DNA of 64,000 bases from Eledone cirrhosa (GCA_964016885.1 CAXHJY010001494.1:1-64000), one strand, 5' to 3'. Positions 29,262 to 41,042 are shown, numbered from the stretch's first letter. Notes: generated by a model from the letters alone, not told the origin. Translations and numbers: made by a program.

Positions 29262-32200
29262 ACCAACAACTGCACAACCAACACAATCACCACAACTACC
29301 ACTACAAAAACAACCACCACAGCTCAAACCAAAACAAAACAATGTCCAACCCATCCCCTCTACTCAAAAAACAAAAACAATTTCCAAAACACCCGTACCG
29401 CAAACACAACCCGAAAATATACCCCTCCCCTCCAACGCGGAAGATGACCCTAGTTCGTCGTCAGACGAGGAGGAGCACTTCCACACAATCAAAAGAAAAA
29501 AAAGAAAACACACCTCAGACACACAAATGAAAAAAACCCCTCCCCAAAACATAACACTGACACCAACACAAAAGAGCTCACAACAGCAAACAAAAAACAC
29601 CACACAAAAACAAAAACATGCATACACATACATAAATACAAGAAACAAAAAACTGTTAAACATTGTGTACAACAACAATCTAATAAAAACACAAGGGCCT
29701 AACTTCACCCAGGCAGGGGATTTCCCCCACCTCAAAATGATTAAGGCCCCACAGGACACCTATAAAACTTTAAAAAACAATTTTAAAGAGGACGTGGGTC
29801 CCCCCTGCGTCGGGCCCATTAACCGCGTCCTCCTAAAAAACTATCCCACCCCCTCCCCAAACACCCCCACAACTCCAAGCTCCCCAACCACACAACACAC
29901 TGATGCCCCCACACTTCCACAAACCACCACCCCACCCAACAACCCATCCCCCACCCTAATGGAAATTGTGCAGCCCGATACCCGGGACGCAGAGAGGTAA
30001 GTGCCTTTTCTCTTCACCACCAACATGGCTATGCTAAGAGTAGGCTGTTTAAATGCGCGTGGCCTGGGCTCAACTTGGAAGCAAGCAATGCTTCTAAATG
30101 ACCTCAGGTCACAACGTATAGATGTGATGGTTATTTGCGAGGCCCGGATCAGCAACGTGCGACAGCTGGCCCCCACCTTTGATGACTTTGAGATGCACGC
30201 ATCTCTCTGTCAGCCCGGAGGTGGGGGTGGAGTTGTCGTTCTGCTGCAAAAACATCTGGGTCTCTCAACACAGATGGTACATTTGGACCCGGAGGGTCGA
30301 CTAGTGGTTCTGGACCTTGGCAGTGGTAAAGGCGGAGCGTTTAGGTTGGTAGCCGCCTACGGCCCTTTCGGGTCAATGCGGCCGGACTTCTTCCATCGTC
30401 TGGAGACTTTTCTAGGGACGTCCCGCTCCTTGCTATTAGTGGGGGACTGGAATGGTATCCTAGATGCACGCTGGGACTACGTAGGGGCCTGCCCCGATAG
30501 AGAGGGGTGTAATAGCCTCAAAGGGTTAATCGGTCGATTTGACCTGGCCGATAGATATCGACTAGATTTTCCGACTGCGCCAACCTGGACTCGGGCAAAT
30601 CGTAGCGGATCATCTAGGTCGTACCTAGATAGGTTCTTAGTTAGAATTAAGGATAAGGACTTTTTAAGTTGTCCAAAAATGCGCATGGTTGGCTATTCAG
30701 ACCACAAATTAGTGACCTGCATGGTCAACCTTGACAGAACTCATAGACAGGGCCCCGGTTACTGGAAGCTCAACTTGTCCTTGCCGGCAAGTAGAGCCTA
30801 CAGGAATCGGATTAGTACGTTAGTTAAGGAACGGTTGACTGGAGCGATCGTCAACAGCAGGTGGTGGGTATCTCTAAAGAGAGAGATTAGAGTAGTCTCG
30901 ATAGAATTTAGTAAGGTTCTAGCTGCGGATAGGAATAGGAAGGAAAGGGAGCTAATAGATAGAGTAGAAGAGGCAATTAGAAGCGGCGACGTGGCCAGAG
31001 TGCTAGCGTCGAGAACGGCTTTGAGCCAGTTTTTCGACGCGAAGCACGAAGGCTGCGTTGTCCGAAGTAAAATACGTGCTCTAGGGAACGAGGGGACCAA
31101 AGCTGTTAGCTGGGCCCGCGTGACAGAGGCCAACAGTGGAACTAAATCCACCATCCGGTCTTTGCGAGACCTGGATGGACGGGCGATTCTTGAGCCTAAG
31201 CAGATGTGTGAGGCCTTTCAAAGGCACTTTGCCCGACTGTTCGGGAGGGGCGGGGAGCCGGTTGGGAACGTGGACTTCGGTCCATACCTCGACGGCCTGC
31301 CGCGCCTCTCGGACAGGGAGGCGAAGTCCTGCGAGGGGCCGATTTCGGCCGCTGAGATAGAGGACGTGCTGAGCCAATGCGGCAAACGCAAATCCCCGGG
31401 TCTCGATGGTCTTCCTTACGAATTATATCTAGCTATGCCGGACTTGTTCCCCGATCTCCTCGAGGCGGTCTACTGCAACTGGCAACAGAACGGGAGAATT
31501 CCCTGTACTGTGACCAAGGGCGTAGTCACGCTAGTGAGGAAGGACGAGAACAAGGGGGACGAAATAAGTAACTTCAGGCCCATAACTCTGCTAAATACAG
31601 AGTTACAGATTTTGGCCAAGGTGCTAGCAAAGAGGTTGGCGCTTGTCGTGGGCAACCTGGTGGGAGATGCGCAGACATGCGCTATCCCGTCCAGGTCCAT
31701 CCATGACAACCTCCACCTCATGCGATACATCATAGAGAGGGTTGGGAACGAACCCGGCTTTGGTGGGGCTCTGATCAACTTGGATCAATCTAAGGCGTTC
31801 GATAGGGTCGACCATGGTTACCTGGATGCGGTGCTAGCGGCGGCAGGCTTCGGACCCGTTTTCAGGGGCTGGATCACTGCTATGCACAGCAGCCGCATCT
31901 GCTCTAGGGTCAAGGTGAACGGCTACCTCTCGGAGCCGTTCAAAATCGCGCGGTCCATCCGACAAGGGTGCCCTCTCTCCTCCCTTCTGTATGTGTTGAC
32001 TCTCGAGCCACTACTGCGGAAGTTGGAGTTGTTGCAGGGCATCCCTTTGGAACCGGGATTGCGGAAAGCGGTGTCGGCCTACGCCGATGACGTGACAGTA
32101 ATGGTGTCGACGGCCTCCGAAATCGAGGCGGTCGGCACCTTACTGGAGGAGTACGAAAAATTCACAGGGGCTAAGCTGAACCGGGACAAGTCGATCGGTT

Positions 32201-33724
32201 TGCAACTCGGCACGTGGAGGGGCAGACCGATGCCCTCCGATAGCGTCGTCGGACGCTGGACGGAGGGCCCGGTGAAGTTGCTCGGGGTCTGGTTCGGACC
32301 GGACCTCCAGGTAGAGAAAAACTGGGCGGAGGTTACGAACAGGGTGTTTGCACTGACCCAGAAGTGGGCCAGTTGCAAACTATCCCTGAAAGGTCGGGCG
32401 GAGGTGGCGAACACCTACATAGCGTCCGTCATCTACTACCGCCTGACCGTAGTACCCTGCCCAAGGGAAACCCTCACCAAGATGGAGCGCGCGCTCTTCC
32501 AATTCCTTTGGAAGAGGCGGGCTCCTATGGTGAGGAGATCCATCTGCTGTCAACACCCTTCGAAAGGAGGGCTGGGGATGCCGTGGCTAATGATGCGTAA
32601 ACACGCATTAAGGCTACGGCACCTCTACGTATTCCTCACCGGACAACCGGTGTGGGCCTCGTTTGTGAGACGAACCTTTCCCAGACTCGTCTCACTCACC
32701 GAGCTGCAATCCTGGGTCAAGCAGAGACCGAGAAAACTGGGCGCCTGGCACACTGAGTGTGCCCAGGCGCTCACCGCCCTCTGGCAGGCGGATCCGGTTA
32801 TCAGTGGAGACTCCACCGCAACATTCTATAGAGGGCTGGTACGCAGCAGGTGCGACGACGCCCTCGGAGAAGCCCTAGACATGGAGGAGGACGAACTGGC
32901 CAGCCTGTTCGGTAGGACATTCAGCCCGGGACCTATGGACAACTTCCAGAAGTCCCTGGCCTGGCAGTGCTACCGAGGGGCTTTACCCGTTCGAGAAAGG
33001 CTCTACAGACACGGGCGCCCGGGTAGGGACCCCGCCAAAAAGATCTGTCCCAGATGCGTGTGCGACGAGGAAACCGTTGCACACGCATTAGTACACTGCT
33101 CGGGCGTAGCCGATCTGTGGGGCTATGTCGAACAACTGCTGTCAAGGGTGGGACCGATCCGGTTGACCACCGAGTCTATTGTAATGATCAAGCCGCCTCC
33201 CCCCTTCAAAGATGAAGCAGAGGCGGTGTTTCTGTGCGTAATAGCCATGGCGAAAGAGGTTGTATGGTGGACGCGTCTGAAAGGACTGAGGTCGGGCACC
33301 TTTCTCTCTGGCCAACAACTGGTCCGTTTCTTCCGATATCATTTCGGAAGAAGGATCAGGATGGAGAGAGAGGTGCTGCACCCCAGCCGTTTCTATGAAA
33401 GATGGGTGAAAGTGGCGAGAATGGCCCGTGTGAATGGGCCTTCACTCTACATCAGACTATAGGTGAGGAAGATGAAAGACCAAGGGAGCACCCCTTCTCT
33501 GTGCTCCTGAGGAGAAGGGTTGCACACTTTTTTCGGGGGTGTGTGCGACCCCCCAAGGCGCCTCCTCTCTATTGAGGATTTTGTTAAAAATTTTATTTTT
33601 TGTTATATCTTATTTTATTTTTATATTTTGTTATTGCCTCCTCCTTATTGAGGACGCCTTTTTGTGTAAACTCCCCCCTTTGTACTTGTCCCACTTTTGA
33701 TGCCCTAGTGGCAAATAAAAGAAA
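29262..33724 (+). mobile_element. 5'-truncated Tx1-like element, subfamily A, copy 1
   Basis: Starts inside ORF1 (ACCAACAACTGCAC) right after TCTATCTATCT; near-identical to copy 2; candidate TSD TCTATCTACC on both sides. Confidence 0.95.
30001..33462 (+). CDS. ORF2 of copy 1 (intact, 1153 aa)
   Basis: Same motifs; I count 6 amino-acid differences from copy 2 (S/A, R/W, G/E, S/G, C/Y, G/D). Confidence 0.97.
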   Translation: MPFLFTTNMAMLRVGCLNARGLGSTWKQAMLLNDLRSQRIDVMVICEARISNVRQLAPTFDDFEMHASLCQPGGGGGVVVLLQKHLGLSTQMVHLDPEGRLVVLDLGSGKGGAFRLVAAYGPFGSMRPDFFHRLETFLGTSRSLLLVGDWNGILDARWDYVGACPDREGCNSLKGLIGRFDLADRYRLDFPTAPTWTRANRSGSSRSYLDRFLVRIKDKDFLSCPKMRMVGYSDHKLVTCMVNLDRTHRQGPGYWKLNLSLPASRAYRNRISTLVKERLTGAIVNSRWWVSLKREIRVVSIEFSKVLAADRNRKERELIDRVEEAIRSGDVARVLASRTALSQFFDAKHEGCVVRSKIRALGNEGTKAVSWARVTEANSGTKSTIRSLRDLDGRAILEPKQMCEAFQRHFARLFGRGGEPVGNVDFGPYLDGLPRLSDREAKSCEGPISAAEIEDVLSQCGKRKSPGLDGLPYELYLAMPDLFPDLLEAVYCNWQQNGRIPCTVTKGVVTLVRKDENKGDEISNFRPITLLNTELQILAKVLAKRLALVVGNLVGDAQTCAIPSRSIHDNLHLMRYIIERVGNEPGFGGALINLDQSKAFDRVDHGYLDAVLAAAGFGPVFRGWITAMHSSRICSRVKVNGYLSEPFKIARSIRQGCPLSSLLYVLTLEPLLRKLELLQGIPLEPGLRKAVSAYADDVTVMVSTASEIEAVGTLLEEYEKFTGAKLNRDKSIGLQLGTWRGRPMPSDSVVGRWTEGPVKLLGVWFGPDLQVEKNWAEVTNRVFALTQKWASCKLSLKGRAEVANTYIASVIYYRLTVVPCPRETLTKMERALFQFLWKRRAPMVRRSICCQHPSKGGLGMPWLMMRKHALRLRHLYVFLTGQPVWASFVRRTFPRLVSLTELQSWVKQRPRKLGAWHTECAQALTALWQADPVISGDSTATFYRGLVRSRCDDALGEALDMEEDELASLFGRTFSPGPMDNFQKSLAWQCYRGALPVRERLYRHGRPGRDPAKKICPRCVCDEETVAHALVHCSGVADLWGYVEQLLSRVGPIRLTTESIVMIKPPPPFKDEAEAVFLCVIAMAKEVVWWTRLKGLRSGTFLSGQQLVRFFRYHFGRRIRMEREVLHPSRFYERWVKVARMARVNGPSLYIRL

Positions 33725-34050
33725 TCTATCTACCTATCTACCTATCTATCTATCCATCCATCTACCTATCAATCTATCTACCTATCTATCTATCCATCCA
33801 TCTACCTATCAATCTATCTATCTATCTACCTATCTGGGGATGGACACACGCGTATAACTTGCTGAGTAAATTCTGTTTAAATTTCTATAGAAATTCTTGT
33901 CTGATAACTTTAATTTTTGTACCATTTTGTAGAGGGACTGCCAGGTCAAACTTTGATCTGGTCAGTCTCTCAAAATATTCTACGCCTTTAGGCGAAATAG
34001 TTAAAAAAAAAAAAAAGTTTTTTCTTGTTGAAAAGTCAATATTTTTTTAA

Positions 34051-35839
34051 ATGGCCGAAACTTCTTCACCAAAATTCGAAGGCGGAAAGGGGAAGATGAA
34101 CTTACAGCTTCCCCCTGCCACTGTCACAGTAGCAGAGGTCAAGAAGAAAGGTCAGCCAGAGGAAGAATTCTCTCCACCTGTTAACCGACAACTTGACGTT
34201 GCCATGGCAACAACCCAAAGCAGCAACAGCAACAACAACAACAATGCGACGGACGAAAACAACACCAATAACAATAACAATAACAACAACAACAAGACCA
34301 ATAACGGTGACAACAACAACAATGATAACAACAACACCACCAACGACAACAACAACACAAACAAACAAAATTTCTCCTTCGCCGAGACGACAAGGAAAAC
34401 CCTCGACTATCTGCCAGTAGATATAACAAAAGCGAAGGAGCTACTGGCGGATGCGAAAAAATATATAGTGTACGGGGAAAATGGTTCTTTCACAATCCAT
34501 TCCCCCCCCGGAACTAAAAAGCCAGAGACTCCTAAACACGGTCATGTTTAGGACAATCTCGAACAAAAGTAAAAAACCAGCTCAACCATCACAGAGCGAG
34601 ATAGAGCTGGTTTTAAAAGACGTCATGAAGGACATCACCTTCATTCAGAAGGATAGACTCTACGGGAGTCTATCCATTCTCATGAAGGACAGGGACACAG
34701 CAGTGAAACTGTCCATCAAACCAATCACATCCACCGCATACACCTTCTACCCTACGTACATGGGTAGAAGAACACAAAAAATAAAAATCCACACCATCCT
34801 GCCGATTATGGACATATGGTGGGTTTTGACAGGTTTTCTGGACCTGGAGGATGACATGCTGGTGTCCATGGGAAAGGCATCGGGTGACGCGTTCAGTGGA
34901 ACGAGCCTCGAACTTGTAGTTCAAATGAGGCCCGAAAGGATCGCCCAGATCCCTGAACGCGTCATACTGGATGATCTAACCTTCATCAACATTACCGTTG
35001 AGGGTAGACGGCCCTCGTGTTACCTCTGCGGAACCAGAGGTCACCTGAGGGCTGTCTGTCCCCAACTTAATAAGAAAACCCCAATCCTGCCTACACCACC
35101 AACAACTGCACAACCAACACAATCACCACAACTACCACTACAAAAACAACCACCACAGCTCAAACCAAAACAAAACAATGTCCAACCCATCCCCTCCACT
35201 CAAAAAACAAAAACAATTTCCAAAACACCCGTACCGCAAACACAACCCGAAAATATACCCCTCCCCTCCAACGCGGAAGATGACCCTAGTTCGTCGTCAG
35301 ACGAGGAGGAGCACTTCCACACAATCAAAAGAAAAAAAAGAAAACACACCTCAGACACACAAATGAAAAATAACCCTCCCCAAAACATAACACTGACACC
35401 AACACAAAAGAGCTCACAACAACAGCAAACAAAAAACACCACACAAAAACAAAAACATGCATACACATACATAAATACAAGAAACAAAAAACTGTTAAAC
35501 ATTGTGTACAACAACAATCTAATAAAAACACAAGGGCCTAACTTCACCCAGGTAGGGGATTTCCCCCACCTCAAAATGATTAAGGCCCCACAGGACACCT
35601 ATAAAACTCTAAAAAACAATTTTAAAGAGGACGTGGGTCCCCCCTGCGTCGGGCCCATTAACCGCGTCCTCCTAAAAAACTATCCCACCCCCTCCCCAAA
35701 CACCCACACAACTCCAAGCTCCCCAACCACACAACACACTGATGCCCCCACACTTCCACAAACCACCACCCCACCCAACAACCCATCCCCCACCCTAATG
35801 GAAATTGTGCAGCCCGATACCCGGGACGCAGAGAGGTAA
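34051..35839 (+). CDS. ORF1 (gag-like RNA-binding protein), split into two overlapping frames 34051-34551 and 34481-35839
   Basis: Asn-rich N-terminus, SFAETTRK, zinc knuckle CYLCGTRGHLRAVC, KRKKRK basic patch, P/T/Q-rich tail; frames join if one C is removed from the C8 run at 34502-34509. Confidence 0.85.
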
Positions 35840-38800
35840 GTGCCTTTTCTCTTCACCACCAACATGGCTATGCTAAGAGTAGGCTGTTTAAATGCGCGTG
35901 GCCTGGGCTCAACTTGGAAGCAAGCAATGCTTCTAAATGACCTCAGGTCACAACGTATAGATGTGATGGTTATTTGCGAGGCCCGGATCAGCAACGTGCG
36001 ACAGCTGGCCCCCACCTTTGATGACTTTGAGATGCACGCATCTCTCTGTCAGCCCGGAGGTGGGGGTGGAGTTGTCGTTCTGCTGCAAAAACATCTGGGT
36101 CTCGCAACACAGATGGTACATTTGGACCCGGAGGGTCGACTAGTGGTTCTGGACCTTGGCAGTGGTAAAGGCGGAGCGTTTAGGTTGGTAGCCGCCTACG
36201 GCCCTTTCGGGTCAATGCGGCCGGACTTCTTCCATCGTCTGGAGACTTTTCTAGGGACGTCCCGCTCCTTGCTATTAGTGGGGGACTGGAATGGTATCCT
36301 AGATGCACGCTGGGACTACGTAGGGGCCTGCCCTGATAGAGAGGGGTGTAATAGCCTCAAAGGGTTAATCGGTCGATTTGACCTGGCCGATAGATATCGA
36401 CTAGATTTTCCGACTGCGCCAACCTGGACTTGGGCAAATCGTAGCGGATCATCTAGGTCGTACCTAGATAGGTTCTTAGTTAGAATTAAGGATAAGGACT
36501 TTTTAAGTTGTCCAAAAATGCGCATGGTTGGCTATTCAGACCACAAATTAGTGACCTGCATGGTCAACCTTGACAGAACTCATAGACAGGGCCCCGGTTA
36601 CTGGAAGCTCAACTTGTCCTTGCCGGCAAGTAGAGCCTACAGGAATCGGATTAGTACGTTAGTTAAGGAACGGTTGACTGGAGCGATCGTCAACAGCAGG
36701 TGGTGGGTATCTCTAAAGAGAGAGATTAGAGTAGTTTCGATAGAATTTAGTAAGGTTCTAGCTGCGGATAGGAATAGGAAGGAAAGGGAGCTAATAGATA
36801 GAGTAGAAGAGGCAATTAGAAGCGGCGACGTGGCCAGAGTGCTAGCGTCGAGAACGGCTTTGAGCCAGTTTTTCGACGCGAAGCACGAAGGCTGCGTTGT
36901 CCGAAGTAAAATACGTGCTCTAGGGAACGAGGGGACCAAAGCTGTTAGCTGGGCCCGCGTGACAGAGGCCAACAGTGGAACTAAATCCACCATCCGGTCT
37001 TTGCGAGACCTGGATGGACGGGCGATTCTTGAGCCTAAGCAGATGTGTGAGGCCTTTCAAAGGCACTTTGCCCGACTGTTCGGGAGGGGCGGGGAGCCGG
37101 TTGGGAACGTGGACTTCGGTCCATACCTCGACGGCCTGCCGCGCCTCTCGGACAGGGAGGCGAAGTCCTGCGAGGAGCCGATTTCGGCCGCTGAGATAGA
37201 GGACGTGCTGAGCCAATGCGGCAAACGCAAATCCCCGGGTCTCGATGGTCTTCCTTACGAATTATATCTAGCTATGCCGGACTTGTTCCCCGATCTCCTC
37301 GAGGCGGTCTACTGCAACTGGCAACAGAACGGGAGAATTCCCTGTACTGTGACCAAGGGCGTAGTCACGCTAGTGAGGAAGGACGAGAACAAGGGGGACG
37401 AAATAAGTAACTTCAGGCCCATAACACTGCTAAATACAGAGTTACAGATTTTGGCCAAGGTGCTAGCAAAGAGGTTGGCGCTTGTCGTGGGCAACCTGGT
37501 GGGAGATGCGCAGACATGCGCTATCCCGTCCAGGTCCATCCATGACAACCTCCACCTCATGCGATACATCATAGAGAGGGTTGGGAACGAACCCGGCTTT
37601 GGTGGGGCTCTGATCAACTTGGATCAATCTAAGGCGTTCGATAGGGTCGACCATGGTTACCTGGATGCGGTGCTAGCGGCGGCAGGCTTCGGACCCGTTT
37701 TCAGGGGCTGGATCACTGCTATGCACAGCAGCCGCATCTGCTCTAGGGTCAAGGTGAACGGCTACCTCTCGGAGCCGTTCAAAATCGCGCGGTCCATCCG
37801 ACAAGGGTGCCCTCTCTCCTCCCTTCTGTATGTGTTGACTCTCGAGCCACTACTGCGGAAGTTGGAGTTGTTGCAGGGCATCCCTTTGGAACCGGGATTG
37901 CGGAAAGCGGTGTCGGCCTACGCCGATGACGTGACAGTAATGGTGTCGACAGCCTCCGAAATCGAGGCGGTCGGCACCTTACTGGAGGAGTACGAAAAGT
38001 TCACAGGGGCTAAGCTGAACCGGGACAAGTCGATCGGTTTGCAACTCGGCACGTGGAGGGGCAGACCGATGCCCTCCGATGGCGTCGTCGGACGCTGGAC
38101 GGAGGGCCCGGTGAAGTTGCTCGGGGTCTGGTTCGGACCGGACCTCCAGGTGGAGAAAAACTGGGCGGAGGTTACGAACAGGGTGTTTGCACTGACCCAG
38201 AAGTGGGCCAGTTGCAAACTATCCCTGAAAGGTCGGGCGGAGGTGGCGAACACCTACATAGCGTCCGTCATCTACTACCGCCTGACCGTAGTGCCCTGCC
38301 CAAGGGAAACCCTCACCAAGATGGAGCGCGCGCTCTTCCAATTCCTTTGGAAGAGGCGGGCTCCTATGGTGAGGAGATCCATCTACTGTCAACACCCTTC
38401 GAAAGGAGGGCTGGGGATGCCGTGGCTAATGATGCGTAAACACGCATTAAGGCTACGGCACCTCTACGTATTCCTCACCGGACAACCGGTGTGGGCCTCG
38501 TTTGTGAGACGAACCTTTCCCAGACTCGTCTCACTCACCGAGCTGCAATCCTGGGTCAAGCAAAGACCGAGAAAACTGGGCGCCTGGCACACTGAGTGTG
38601 CCCAGGCGCTCACCGCCCTCTGGCAGGCGGATCCGGTTATCAGTGGAGACTCCACCGCAACATTCTATAGAGGGCTGGTACGCAGCAGGTGCGACGACGC
38701 CCTCGGAGAAGCCCTAGACATGGAGGAGGACGAACTGGCCAGCCTGTTCGGTAGGACATTCAGCCCGGGACCTATGGACAACTTCCAGAAGTCCCTGGCC

Positions 38801-39301
38801 TGGCAGTGCTACCGAGGGGCTTTACCCGTTCGAGAAAGGCTCTACAGACACGGGCGCCCGGGTAGGGACCCCGCCAAAAAGATCTGTCCCAGATGCGTGT
38901 GCGACGAGGAAACCGTTGCACACGCATTGGTACACTGCTCGGGCGTAGCCGATCTGTGGGGCTATGTCGAACAACTGCTGTCAAGGGTGGGACCGATCCG
39001 GTTGACCACCGAGTCTATTGTAATGATCAAGCCGCCTCCCCCCTTCAAAGATGAAGCAGAGGCGGTGTTTCTGTGCGTAATAGCCATGGCGAAAGAGGTT
39101 GTATGGTGGACGCGTCTGAAAGGACTGAGGTCAGACACCTTTCTCTCTGGCCAACAACTGGTCCGTTTCTTCCGATATCATTTCGGAAGAAGGATCAGGA
39201 TGGAGAGAGAGGTGCTGCACCCCAGCCGTTTCTATGAAAGATGGGTGAAAGTGGCGAGAATGGCCCGTGTGAATGGGCCTTCACTCTACATCAGACTATA
39301 G
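35840..39301 (+). CDS. ORF2: APE endonuclease + reverse transcriptase + C-terminal CCHC zinc motif (intact; probable ATG start about 24 nt into the called ORF)
   Basis: LNARGL, GDWN, SYLDRF, SDHK (APE); KSPGLDG, FRPITLLN, DQSKAFDRV, RQGCPLS, YADD (RT); CPRC..EETVAHALVHC. Confidence 0.97.
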   Translation: MPFLFTTNMAMLRVGCLNARGLGSTWKQAMLLNDLRSQRIDVMVICEARISNVRQLAPTFDDFEMHASLCQPGGGGGVVVLLQKHLGLATQMVHLDPEGRLVVLDLGSGKGGAFRLVAAYGPFGSMRPDFFHRLETFLGTSRSLLLVGDWNGILDARWDYVGACPDREGCNSLKGLIGRFDLADRYRLDFPTAPTWTWANRSGSSRSYLDRFLVRIKDKDFLSCPKMRMVGYSDHKLVTCMVNLDRTHRQGPGYWKLNLSLPASRAYRNRISTLVKERLTGAIVNSRWWVSLKREIRVVSIEFSKVLAADRNRKERELIDRVEEAIRSGDVARVLASRTALSQFFDAKHEGCVVRSKIRALGNEGTKAVSWARVTEANSGTKSTIRSLRDLDGRAILEPKQMCEAFQRHFARLFGRGGEPVGNVDFGPYLDGLPRLSDREAKSCEEPISAAEIEDVLSQCGKRKSPGLDGLPYELYLAMPDLFPDLLEAVYCNWQQNGRIPCTVTKGVVTLVRKDENKGDEISNFRPITLLNTELQILAKVLAKRLALVVGNLVGDAQTCAIPSRSIHDNLHLMRYIIERVGNEPGFGGALINLDQSKAFDRVDHGYLDAVLAAAGFGPVFRGWITAMHSSRICSRVKVNGYLSEPFKIARSIRQGCPLSSLLYVLTLEPLLRKLELLQGIPLEPGLRKAVSAYADDVTVMVSTASEIEAVGTLLEEYEKFTGAKLNRDKSIGLQLGTWRGRPMPSDGVVGRWTEGPVKLLGVWFGPDLQVEKNWAEVTNRVFALTQKWASCKLSLKGRAEVANTYIASVIYYRLTVVPCPRETLTKMERALFQFLWKRRAPMVRRSIYCQHPSKGGLGMPWLMMRKHALRLRHLYVFLTGQPVWASFVRRTFPRLVSLTELQSWVKQRPRKLGAWHTECAQALTALWQADPVISGDSTATFYRGLVRSRCDDALGEALDMEEDELASLFGRTFSPGPMDNFQKSLAWQCYRGALPVRERLYRHGRPGRDPAKKICPRCVCDEETVAHALVHCSGVADLWGYVEQLLSRVGPIRLTTESIVMIKPPPPFKDEAEAVFLCVIAMAKEVVWWTRLKGLRSDTFLSGQQLVRFFRYHFGRRIRMEREVLHPSRFYERWVKVARMARVNGPSLYIRL

Positions 39302-40770
39302 GTGAGGAAGATGAAAGACCAAGGGAGCACCCCTTCTCTGTTCTCCTGAGGAGAAGGGTTGCACACTTTTTTCGGGGGTGTGTGCGAGCCCCCAAGGCGC
39401 CTCCTCTCTATTGAGGATTTTGTTAAAAATTTTATTTTTTGTTATATCTTATTTTATTTTTATATTTTGTTATTGCCTCCTCCTTATTGAGGACGCCTTT
39501 TTGTGTAAACTCCCCCCTTTGTACTTGTCCCACTTTTGATGCCCTAGTGGCAAATAAAAGAAACTTATCTATCTACCTCTCAATCTTTCTATATCTACCG
39601 ATCCATCTATCTATCTATTTATTTACCTCCCAATCAATCCATATATATATATATATATATATGTCTATCTATATATCTATCCTTCTATCCAGTTCTATTC
39701 ACAAACAGTTATCTGTCTAACAAGCTAGTTAGCAAGTACGCCATTCAACTACTTGTGCCTCTCATTGTCAATGCTTCTGTCCACCCAGCCACATAACCAC
39801 CCAGCTACCCTGTCTATCAGTCACCCAGAAGTCCATCTAGCTGATCTGTGTGTCGTGAGTGGACACGTAAAATGGTGTCCATCTTGAGTGTCCTTCAAAA
39901 CAACACTGACCACTCCAGAAACAAAGAAGTTCGGTCTATAAACGCAAATGATCCAACATACACATATGTACACACATATATACATACATGTACATATACA
40001 CATATATATACACATATATACACATATATACACATACTTACACACGTTTACATATAAGCTCGCGTGTGTGTGTACACACACACACACACACACATATGTG
40101 TGTGTGTGTGCATTTAAATATATATATATTTACATGTATACATATATAATATATATATATATATATATGTGTGTGTATATATATATATAAGCTTAATGGA
40201 TCTTTATGAATATATATATTTACATACATATATATATATATGATTATATATATATATAGATAGATAGATATATATATGTATATACATTTATATATATATA
40301 TGATATCACACACACATAATATATATATATATATATAACACACACACATAATATATAAATATATATATTATGAGTGTGTATACATATTACATATATATGT
40401 GTATATATGCGTATCTATAAACTGCAAATGTATGTTTATACATACGTATATTTATGTATATATATATACGTGTATATGTATTATATATGTGTGTGTATGC
40501 ATATATATATGTATATAAGAAGGAAGCCGGTGGTGTTTCTGTAGAGATTGTCCAATGCACGAATTATAATGGATTCTTGTCCGTGCGTGAGAAGTGTTTG
40601 CAGACAGACAGACGGGCGCACTGAGACACATGTACGTTCACACACATACACACACATACACACATACACACATATATATATATAGTATATATATATATAC
40701 TCATGTATATATATATACACACACAAACACAATTACTTACACATACACATACACGTATATATATATAAAT

Positions 40771-40801
<31 letters not shown>

Positions 40802-41042
40802 AATGAATATATATCTATGTATATATATGTATGTATATATATATATATATGTGTATATGCATGTATGTATATGTATATGTATATATATATATATGTGTGT
40901 ATATATATGTATGTATATGTATATCTATATATATATGTATAATATGTATATATATATGTATAATATGTATATATATATGTATAATATATATATATGTATA
41001 ATATATATATATATATATATATGTATAATATATATATATATG

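Larger units (their letters stand above)
33836..39563 (+). mobile_element. Apparently full-length Tx1-like non-LTR retrotransposon, subfamily A, copy 2 (about 5.7 kb)
   Basis: 5'UTR, ORF1 with zinc knuckle, ORF2 APE-RT-CCHC, and a 3'UTR ending GCAAATAAAAGAAA; both flanks are TCTA-type repeats. Confidence 0.95.

Noticed and set aside
30477-33381. Short antisense and alternative-frame ORFs within Tx1 ORF2
   Set aside because: Shadow ORFs of a GC-rich coding sequence
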